Origin: an uncultured Prolixibacteraceae bacterium | Lineage (GTDB): Bacteria; Bacteroidota; Bacteroidia; Bacteroidales; FEN-979 | Direction of reading: 5' to 3' | Assembly (NCBI GenBank): GCA_964455285.1 | Contig: CAYVVG010000001.1 | Location: forward strand, 64,960-128,959 | Length of the DNA stretch: 64,000 nucleotides | Part shown: positions 51,581-59,001 of the stretch, piece after piece | Numbering within the stretch: position 1 is the stretch's first letter | How the letters are laid out: each line of letters opens with the position of its first letter | Notes under the pieces: model-generated | Told to the model about the DNA's origin: nothing | The model's database searches: none | The model's input: the letters and a program-made list of their open reading frames with translations, nothing else | Program-made: the position numbers and the translations under genes

Positions 51581-53569
51581 ATGAGTCATAACAGATATAA
51601 AAATGATATGAGCAATACATTCTCTGCGTTTCTGCGTCTCTGCGGTTATTACCCCACCCCGGCCTGCGGCCTTCCCCTCCCCAAACAGGGAGGGGCACAC
51701 TCTGCGTCTCTGCGTCTCTGCGGTTATTTTACGTTAGCCCTCCTCAGCCTGTTTTCTGTAATCGCTTTGGCTCAGAACCCGGCTGCCAGCCCGGAAGATG
51801 CCCCTCCGGAATGGGCGAAACACGCCATCTGGTACCAGATCTTTGTCGAACGGTTCCACAACGGGGACTCCCTGAATGATCCCGGGCCCGGGAACATCAA
51901 CATTCCCCCGCTCGGGGTCACCGCCCCCCGGGGTTGGAAAACAACTCCGTGGACGCAGGACTGGTACGGCAGGGATTCCTGGTGGAGGAACGACCGGCAT
52001 TTTGGAGATAATCTCCAGTTCCGCCGGTACGGGGGAGACCTGAAGGGGGTGATCGACAAACTCGGGTACCTGCACGAACTCGGGATCAACGCGATCTTTT
52101 TCAACCCCTTGAACGACGCACCCTCGCTTCACAAGTATGATGCCCGGAACTACCATCATATCGACGTCAACTTCGGTCCTGACCCGGCCGGCGACAGCCG
52201 GATCATCGCGTCGGAAAACCCGGCCGACCCTTCGACATGGAAATGGACATCGGCCGACCGTCTCTTCCTCGAACTGATCGGCAAGGCACACAGGATGGGG
52301 ATCCGCGTGATCATGGATTATTCGTGGAACCATACCGGCGTGCTGTTCTGGGCCTGGCAGGACATCCTGAAGAACCAGGAAAAGTCGGCTTTCAGGGATT
52401 GGTACGCGATAAAGTCGTTCGACGACCCGGTGACCCCGGCAAACGAGTTCTCCTATGCCGGCTGGGCGAACGTTCCCAGCCTTCCCGAACTGAAGAAGGT
52501 GGGCATCACCACGGAGCGGATCAACGGATACCCTTACGAAGGAACGATCAACCCGGGAGCCAGGGAGCACATTTTTAACGTTACACGGCGCTGGCTCGCT
52601 CCCGACGGCGATCCTGCAAAGGGGATCGACGGCTTCCGGCTGGATGTGGCCGACCAGGTGGGGCTCGGCTTCTGGCGAGAATACCGGCAGCTCGTGAAAT
52701 CGGTAAACCGCGATGCTTACCTGGTCGGGGAGATCTGGTGGGCCCAATGGCCCGACAAGATGATGGACCCTGCTCCATACACGGGCAACGGGATCTTCGA
52801 CGCAGTGATGTTTTACCAGGTGTATAAACCGGCCCGCTATTTCTTTGCCCGTAACAACTTCGGGATCGATGCAAAAACATTGGCCGACAGCTTAAACCTG
52901 CAGTGGAGCCGGATCCCCCCGGCCAACCTGCCTGCCATGATGAACGTCGCCACCTCCCATGACACACCCCGGCTTCTGACCGACTTTTTCAACCCGAACC
53001 GGTACAAATTCCACTCCTCGCCCGGCGACGACGCTGCCTTCATGACCGGGAAACCGGACGAGGAGACCTATACCCGCCTTCGCCTCTACCTGGTATTCGC
53101 CTTTACCGCCCCGGGCTCTCCGCACATCTGGAACGGTGAAGAGATGGGGATGTGGGGAGCCGACGATCCGTATAACCGCAAACCTCTCTGGTGGAAGGAG
53201 TTCCGGTTTGAAAACGAGACCCGCAACAACTGGCAGCCGGGAGAAAAGAGCGGGGATCCGGTCGGCTTCAACGCCGGCCTCTTCGGCTGGTATCAACACC
53301 TGGTCGGAATCCGGAAAACGAATGCCTGCCTGCAAACCGGCGGTATCACCTTCCTGACGACGGAGGGGAAAAAACTGGCGTACAAGAGATTCAGCGACAC
53401 GGAAGAAATTTTCGTCTTTTTCAACCTGGAACCGACCCCCCGGACGTTCGAACTACCGGCGGCCGGCAGCTATGTAAACCTGCTGTCGGGCCGGCCGTTC
53501 AAAGACAACAAGGTCAACCTGGGAAGCCTGGAAGCGATGGTGGTGAAGGTGGTGAAGGTGACGAGGTGA
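51581..53569 (+). CDS. secreted GH13 alpha-amylase-family enzyme; 5' end interrupted in-frame by repeat elements
   Basis: 662 aa. GH13 regions RVIMDYSWNHTG, IDGFRLDVADQV, LVGEIW, ATSHDTPR. The hydrophobic core and AxA site (FTLALLSLFSVIALAQ) lie about 45-55 aa after the only available ATGs (51581, 51608). The intervening codons are the CTCTGCG repeat plus the 44-nt hairpin element. Confidence 0.8.
   Translation: MSHNRYKNDMSNTFSAFLRLCGYYPTPACGLPLPKQGGAHSASLRLCGYFTLALLSLFSVIALAQNPAASPEDAPPEWAKHAIWYQIFVERFHNGDSLNDPGPGNINIPPLGVTAPRGWKTTPWTQDWYGRDSWWRNDRHFGDNLQFRRYGGDLKGVIDKLGYLHELGINAIFFNPLNDAPSLHKYDARNYHHIDVNFGPDPAGDSRIIASENPADPSTWKWTSADRLFLELIGKAHRMGIRVIMDYSWNHTGVLFWAWQDILKNQEKSAFRDWYAIKSFDDPVTPANEFSYAGWANVPSLPELKKVGITTERINGYPYEGTINPGAREHIFNVTRRWLAPDGDPAKGIDGFRLDVADQVGLGFWREYRQLVKSVNRDAYLVGEIWWAQWPDKMMDPAPYTGNGIFDAVMFYQVYKPARYFFARNNFGIDAKTLADSLNLQWSRIPPANLPAMMNVATSHDTPRLLTDFFNPNRYKFHSSPGDDAAFMTGKPDEETYTRLRLYLVFAFTAPGSPHIWNGEEMGMWGADDPYNRKPLWWKEFRFENETRNNWQPGEKSGDPVGFNAGLFGWYQHLVGIRKTNACLQTGGITFLTTEGKKLAYKRFSDTEEIFVFFNLEPTPRTFELPAAGSYVNLLSGRPFKDNKVNLGSLEAMVVKVVKVTR
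51622..51650 (-). repeat. 29-nt direct repeat, left copy (CGCAGAG-family array ending in AACCGCAGAG head on the minus strand)
   Basis: ctctgcgtttctgcgtctctgcggttatt. Confidence 0.9.
51652..51695 (+). repeat. 44-nt GC-rich hairpin element, copy 3 (identical to 21205-21248)
   Basis: ccccaccccggcctgcggccttcccctccccaaacagggagggg, inside the GH13 reading frame (translated YPTPACGLPLPKQGGA). Confidence 0.92.
51700..51728 (-). repeat. 29-nt direct repeat, right copy
   Basis: ctctgcgtctctgcgtctctgcggttatt. It has 28/29 identity to the left copy, and the two starts are exactly 78 nt apart. Confidence 0.9.
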
Positions 53570-53580
53570 CGGGTGACGGG
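53539..53580 (+). repeat. composite tandem array GGTGAAGGT x2 then GGTGACG x3
   Basis: atg gtggtgaag gtggtgaag gtgacga ggtgacg ggtgacg gg. The GH13 stop TGA (53567-53569) is inside the array; the C-terminal VVKVVKVTR is repeat-encoded. Confidence 0.85.
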
Positions 53581-53611
53581 TTATAGAGTAATGGTAGATT
53601 TTGTATTCAAA

Positions 53612-56092
53612 ATGAATCGTAAGAGTATGAACAACCTTCAAAATTCCCGCATTGCAACATGGTTTGCATTGCTTGCATGGTTTGCATTGTTTGCATTCAA
53701 CCCCCGGCCGGCAGCCGCCCGCGAGGTGGTGACCCTGCGCAACAACTGGAAATTTGCCAGGGGAGCGCACGAAAAGGCGCATTTGGTGAATTTCGACGAT
53801 TCGAAGTGGGAAAATGTGACGGTCCCCCACGATTGGGCGATCGCCGGTCCCTTCGACGCGGCAGGCGACGGCAACACCGGCAAACTGCCCTGGAAAGGCG
53901 AGGGGTGGTACCGACTCTCGTTCGACATGACCGGGGATCTGAAGGGAAAGACCATATACCTGGTCTTCGACGGAATCCTGTCGTCGCCCGGGGTATTCGT
54001 CAACGGAAAACCTGCCGGAAGGTGGGATTACGGATACAACTCCTTTTACCTGGATATCACCCGGCTGATCAGGATCGGCGGGAAAAACGTACTGGCCGTT
54101 CATGCTGATACGCGGAACCATGACAGCCGCTGGTACCCGGGGGCCGGGATCTTCCGGAAAGTGCAGATGGTGGTGACCGATCCGGTCCATGTGGCAGTGT
54201 GGGGAACCCACATCACCACCCCCGTGGCGGAGGCCGACCAGGCCGAGGTCAGGGTGGTGAATACCCTGCTCAACCGGCAGGCTTCGAGATCCACCGAAGT
54301 GACCGTTGAAAATATTGTCTCCAATCCTTATGGGAAAGTGTTAGCCCGGCAGCAAGTCCGTGGAGTCATCCCGTCCGGGGAAACGCTGGATCTGCCCGTG
54401 GTGATGACTTTCGACGCGCCCGACCGCTGGGATGTCGGCCACGGTTCGCTGTACACCCTCTCGACCGTGGTGACAGCGGGAGGCCGCACCACTGATTCCA
54501 CGGCCACACGGTTCGGTGTGCGAAGTATCCGGTTCACTGCCGACGACGGTTTCCACCTCAACGGCCGGCGGGTGCAACTCAAGGGTGTCAACCTCCATCA
54601 CGACCAGGGGCCCCTCGGCGCCGCTTTCAACTACCGTGCGATGCAAAGGCAGCTGGAATTGCTTGTTTCCATGGGTTGCAATGCGGTCAGGACCAGTCAC
54701 AACACCGCTGCCCCGGAACTCCTCGACCTGTGCGATGAAATGGGGATCCTGGTGTTCAATGAAGTATTCGACAAGTATGACGGCAAGGCCGACATAAACG
54801 AAAAGACCGATTTCCGGGAATTCGCGGCGCGAAACATCCGGAATTTCGTGGTACGCGACCGGAATCACCCCTGCGTGTTCATCTGGAGCATCGGCAACGA
54901 GATGGGCGACGTACAATGGGATAAGAACGGCGGCTTCGACAGGATGAAGACGATGATCGGGCATGTCAGGGAGTTCGATCCCACCCGGCCGGTCACCATG
55001 GTCTGCGACAGCCGAAACAGTGCCGAAAAGAGACATTTCGATCATTATGACGTTCATTCATGGAATTACGGCCGGCGATACGACCTGGCACGCCGGATGG
55101 AACCCGGCAAAGCGGTGATCATCAGCGAATCGGCATCGACAGTAAGCACCCGCGGATTTTACGAACTCCCGCTTCCGGACAAGAAAACCGATTTCACCCG
55201 ATCGATGCAGGTAAGTTCCTATGACCTGAACGCCCCCGAATGGGCCGAGATCGCCGACGACGACTTCATGTGGCAGCAGGATGAACCCTATGTGGCCGGC
55301 GAGTTCGTGTGGACCGGTTTCGACTACCTGGGCGAACCCACACCCTACACCAACGAATGGGCGGAAAAGAACGGGATGAGCGCCAAGGAAGCCGCCCGCA
55401 GCTCCTACTTCGGCATTTTCGACCTGTGCGGCATCCCGAAAGACCGTTACTACCTGTACAAGAGTTACTGGAAACCAGGAGAGACCACGGTGCACATCCT
55501 TCCCCACTGGAACTGGCCGGCCATCGACAGCCTGAACGTGCCCGTGTTCGTCTACACCAATGGCGACTGCGCCGAACTCTTCCTGAACGGCGTTTCCCAG
55601 GGAAGAAAATGCAAGATCCCCGGTTCGAAGATCTCAACCGAACGGTTCCGGCTGATGTGGAAGGAGGTAATATACCAGCCGGGGGAACTGAAAGCCGTGG
55701 CTTACAAGGATGGCCTGATGATCGGCGAAAGCGTGGTGAAGACCGCCGGCGATCCGGTCGCCCTCCGCCTCACCCCCGACCGGACCGGCATCCGTGCCAC
55801 GGCCGGCGACCTGTCCTACATCCTGATCGAAGCGGTCGACCGCGACGGAAATCTTTGTCCCCTGGCGGGGAACACGGTCACGCTGACCGTGGGCCGGGGG
55901 GGAGCGATCGCTGCCGTATGCAACGGCGACCCGCAGTCGTACGACCCCTTCCAATCGGACACTGTGAAACTTTTTTACGGGAAAGCGATGCTCATCGTCC
56001 ATGCAGCCGGATGGCCGGTAAAAGAAGATATCGAGGTAACGGCCGTCAGCGATGGCCTGGGATCCGCCCGGACTGTCGTCCCGGTCAATTGA
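53612..56092 (+). CDS. GH2 beta-galactosidase-family glycoside hydrolase, secreted
   Basis: 826 aa from ATG 53612 (or ATG 53627). LRNNWKFARG...FDDSKWENVTVPHDW sugar-binding domain. NHPCVFIWSIGNEM (acid/base Glu). TIM-barrel and C-terminal Ig-like domains. The signal-peptide core is encoded by the nonamer repeat. Confidence 0.85.
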   Translation: MNRKSMNNLQNSRIATWFALLAWFALFAFNPRPAAAREVVTLRNNWKFARGAHEKAHLVNFDDSKWENVTVPHDWAIAGPFDAAGDGNTGKLPWKGEGWYRLSFDMTGDLKGKTIYLVFDGILSSPGVFVNGKPAGRWDYGYNSFYLDITRLIRIGGKNVLAVHADTRNHDSRWYPGAGIFRKVQMVVTDPVHVAVWGTHITTPVAEADQAEVRVVNTLLNRQASRSTEVTVENIVSNPYGKVLARQQVRGVIPSGETLDLPVVMTFDAPDRWDVGHGSLYTLSTVVTAGGRTTDSTATRFGVRSIRFTADDGFHLNGRRVQLKGVNLHHDQGPLGAAFNYRAMQRQLELLVSMGCNAVRTSHNTAAPELLDLCDEMGILVFNEVFDKYDGKADINEKTDFREFAARNIRNFVVRDRNHPCVFIWSIGNEMGDVQWDKNGGFDRMKTMIGHVREFDPTRPVTMVCDSRNSAEKRHFDHYDVHSWNYGRRYDLARRMEPGKAVIISESASTVSTRGFYELPLPDKKTDFTRSMQVSSYDLNAPEWAEIADDDFMWQQDEPYVAGEFVWTGFDYLGEPTPYTNEWAEKNGMSAKEAARSSYFGIFDLCGIPKDRYYLYKSYWKPGETTVHILPHWNWPAIDSLNVPVFVYTNGDCAELFLNGVSQGRKCKIPGSKISTERFRLMWKEVIYQPGELKAVAYKDGLMIGESVVKTAGDPVALRLTPDRTGIRATAGDLSYILIEAVDRDGNLCPLAGNTVTLTVGRGGAIAAVCNGDPQSYDPFQSDTVKLFYGKAMLIVHAAGWPVKEDIEVTAVSDGLGSARTVVPVN
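53648..53698 (-). repeat. ATGCARRCA nonamer array (5-6 units, inverted orientation) inside the GH2 coding region
   Basis: att gca aca tgg ttt gca ttg ctt gca tgg ttt gca ttg ttt gca ttc = IATWFALLAWFALFAF. The reverse complement is the same family as 8776-8847. Confidence 0.88.
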
Positions 56093-56118
56093 TGCGCCGG
56101 TGAAAACCGGCTAATGCT

Positions 56119-56126
56119 TACCTTTG
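56119..56126 (+). promoter_or_regulatory. candidate -7 box (TACCTTTG)
   Basis: Exact TAnnTTTG, 19 nt upstream of ATG 56146. Confidence 0.45.
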
Positions 56127-56145
56127 CCTGTTCAATCGTCCTGCC

Positions 56146-59001
56146 ATGAAAAAAAAGACAGCTGTATGCCTTTTCCTGCTCCTGACGAGCCGGATCTATC
56201 TACCCGCCCAGGTGATTACCACCCAGCCGGTATACCCCATCGACACTGATTCGGTAACAGTGTTTTTCGATGCGACCCAGGGCAATGCGGGGCTGAAAGA
56301 TGTGAATCCTCCCATCTACGCACATACCGGAGTCATCACGAACCTGAGTACCTCCGGTTCCGACTGGAAATATGTGATTGCGGCATGGAACGTGAACCTG
56401 CCGAAGGCATTGATGACGCCCCTTGGCAATAATAAGTACAAGATCACGCTGAAACCCTCCATCCGTGAGTTTTACGGCGTCCCGGCTTCCGAACAGATCC
56501 TCAAACTGGCCTTTGTCTTCCGCAACTCCGACGGCTCCAAGGAGGGTAAGGATACTGGGGGCGCCGATATCTTTGCCGATGTCTATACCTCTGCGATGAG
56601 CGTGAACATTACGCTTCCTGAGGAGAAAAATCTCTTTCTCAAACAGATGACAGAGATACCCGTTTCAGCGGTCAGTCCCCCTGCCACTTCCATGAAACTC
56701 TTCGTCAACGGCACCCTGGTGAAAAGTGTCACCGGAAACACACTGACCGACACGGTGGTTGCGGATAACCAGGGACATAACTGGGTTAAGAACTGGGTTC
56801 GCATCGAGGCTTCCGACAACACAGGTGCCGTTGCCGATTCCTTCTCCTACACGGTCATTCCCGATGCCCCGGTCGCCAGCCTTCCGGCGGGGATCAGCGA
56901 CGGCATCAATTACGTCAATGCTTCGACCGTGGTCCTGTGCCTGTATGCCCCCGGAAAAGACCATGTCTTTGCCACCGGCGACTTCAACGACTGGCAGCTC
57001 GATTCGGCCCACTATATGTTCCTCACCCCCGATCACGAACGTTTCTGGCTGAATATCAGCGGACTGACACCCAAACAGGAGTATATTTTTCAATACGTGG
57101 TTGACGGAAAGATCCGGATCGGCGACCCGTATGCCGATAAAGTCAGCGACCCGAACGATCAATACATATCCCCGTCCACCTATCCCAACCTGACACCCTA
57201 TCCGGCCGGCAAGGCGTCGGGAATCGCCACGTTTCTTCAGCCGGGACAGGATGCCTACGCCTGGAATTCCACCCCTTTCACACCACCGGCCGTCACCGAC
57301 CTGGTCGTGTATGAACTGCTGATCCGCGATTTTACCGATGCGCACGACTACCCTTCGCTCATCGGCCGGCTCGATTACCTGAAAGATCTGGGTGTCAATG
57401 CCATAGAGCTGATGCCCGTAATGGAATACGAGGGAAATATCAGCTGGGGATACAACACCAATTACTCGTTCGCCGTCGATAAGTACTATGGGACCAAAGA
57501 GGGATTGAAACAGTTCGTTGAAGCGGCACACGCCCGCGGAATGGCAGTCATTCTCGACATTGTATGCAACCACCATTTCGGCAGCTCGCCCCTGGTGCGC
57601 CTTTACTGGGACGATGCCAACCAGAGGCCGGCAGCCGATAATCCCTGGCTGAACCCGGTACCCAGGCATCCGTACAACGTTGGTTATGATTTCAACCACG
57701 AAAGTCAGCAAACCCGTCAGTACATGAAACGGCTCGTAAAGTACTGGCTCACCGAATACCGCATCGACGGATTCAGGTTCGACCTGTCGAAAGGATTTAC
57801 GCAAACGAATACATACCCAAACAACGTATCGCTCTGGGGGCAATTCGATGCCAGCCGCGTCGCCATCCTGAAGGATTATGAGGCGGAGATCCATGCCGTG
57901 AATCCAACGGCTTACATGATCCTCGAACATCTTTCCGACAACCCGGAGGAGAAGGAACTGGCTGCCAACCGCATGATCCTGTGGGGGAACATGAATTACA
58001 AGTACATCCAGGGGGCAGGCGGATGGGTCACGGGATCCAATTCCGACTATTCGTGGGCTTCGTGGAAATACCGGGGGTGGACCCAGCCCAACCTGGTCGC
58101 GTACATGGAAAGCCATGACGAAGAACGGGTGATGTTCAGGAACATCTCCGCCGGCAACGCCTCGAAGCCCCCCTACAATGTCAGGGACACCGCCACCGGG
58201 CTGAAACGCGTGGAACTCAACGCCAACTTCTTCTTCACCATCCCCGGCCCCAAGCAGATCTGGCAGTTCGGGGAATTGGGGTACGATTACTCCATCAATT
58301 ATCCCTCCATGACCTCGGCATCGCGGCTCGACCCCAAACCGGTCCGCTGGGATTACCTCGATAGCTGGCCGAGGCGGTACACCAAAAATGTTTTTGCCTC
58401 GCTGATCGCACTCAAGAAGAGCCAGCCCGCGTTCGCCACCGCCGACTATTCCATCGACCTCACCGGAAATGTGAAGCGGCTGTGGTTGAAACATTCGTCG
58501 ATGGATGTGACCGTGCTGGGCAATTTCGATGTCGTCACGAAAAATGTCACCGGAGGATTTACCCGGAAAGGAGCCTGGTTTGAATACTATTCGGGAGATA
58601 CGCTGAATGTGACCGACACGGAAATGCTCATCAGCTTCAAACCCGGCGAATACAGGCTATATACCACCGTCAAGCTGGCGAAGCCGTCCTTTACCGGCAT
58701 CGGCGATGACCCGGCTGCAACACCTGATGCGGGAACACCGGTTGTGGCCTATCCCAACCCATCCCCGGGTATTTTCAACCTTGCATTCCGCCTGGACCGG
58801 CCGCAAACAGCGGAAATTACCGTTTATGACATCTTCGGAAAAATGGTGACGAAGGTAAAATCCGGGACCCTGGACACCGGCGTGAACTCCCTGCGCATCG
58901 ACCTGAATGACCTGTTGCAAGGCCGGGCGCCCTCGGGCATGTATTTCTTCCGGTTCGAAACTGAGACCATTCAGGAGACCGGAAAGCTGATCGTGAGATG
59001 A
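56146..59001 (+). CDS. extracellular GH13 alpha-amylase/pullulanase-family enzyme with N-terminal beta-sandwich domains and T9SS C-terminal sorting domain
   Basis: 951 aa. Signal peptide MKKKTAVCLFLLLTSRIYLPAQ. CBM48-like TGDFNDWQL. GH13 regions AVILDIVCNHHF, IDGFRFDLSKGF, MILEHL, YMESHDEER. Por tail VVAYPNPSPGIFNLAFRL...GMYFFRF...LIVR. Confidence 0.85.
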   Translation: MKKKTAVCLFLLLTSRIYLPAQVITTQPVYPIDTDSVTVFFDATQGNAGLKDVNPPIYAHTGVITNLSTSGSDWKYVIAAWNVNLPKALMTPLGNNKYKITLKPSIREFYGVPASEQILKLAFVFRNSDGSKEGKDTGGADIFADVYTSAMSVNITLPEEKNLFLKQMTEIPVSAVSPPATSMKLFVNGTLVKSVTGNTLTDTVVADNQGHNWVKNWVRIEASDNTGAVADSFSYTVIPDAPVASLPAGISDGINYVNASTVVLCLYAPGKDHVFATGDFNDWQLDSAHYMFLTPDHERFWLNISGLTPKQEYIFQYVVDGKIRIGDPYADKVSDPNDQYISPSTYPNLTPYPAGKASGIATFLQPGQDAYAWNSTPFTPPAVTDLVVYELLIRDFTDAHDYPSLIGRLDYLKDLGVNAIELMPVMEYEGNISWGYNTNYSFAVDKYYGTKEGLKQFVEAAHARGMAVILDIVCNHHFGSSPLVRLYWDDANQRPAADNPWLNPVPRHPYNVGYDFNHESQQTRQYMKRLVKYWLTEYRIDGFRFDLSKGFTQTNTYPNNVSLWGQFDASRVAILKDYEAEIHAVNPTAYMILEHLSDNPEEKELAANRMILWGNMNYKYIQGAGGWVTGSNSDYSWASWKYRGWTQPNLVAYMESHDEERVMFRNISAGNASKPPYNVRDTATGLKRVELNANFFFTIPGPKQIWQFGELGYDYSINYPSMTSASRLDPKPVRWDYLDSWPRRYTKNVFASLIALKKSQPAFATADYSIDLTGNVKRLWLKHSSMDVTVLGNFDVVTKNVTGGFTRKGAWFEYYSGDTLNVTDTEMLISFKPGEYRLYTTVKLAKPSFTGIGDDPAATPDAGTPVVAYPNPSPGIFNLAFRLDRPQTAEITVYDIFGKMVTKVKSGTLDTGVNSLRIDLNDLLQGRAPSGMYFFRFETETIQETGKLIVR

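Noticed and set aside
51122-51700. Minus-strand ORFs encoding VRLSACPLVRLSACPLVRLSACP, and the ORF at 35799-36152 encoding MYDVRCTMYDVRCTMYDLRF
   Set aside because: These are in-frame readings of the GCGGACAA and TCGTACA/GTRACARA arrays. They run antisense or intergenic to well-supported genes.
51622-51728. Repeat-spacer-repeat layout (29 nt / 49 nt / 29 nt), and the tandem arrays in general, considered as CRISPR
   Set aside because: There are only two repeats. The spacer is a dispersed genomic element present at two other sites in the window. The tandem arrays have 7-9-nt units with no spacers. No cas genes are present.
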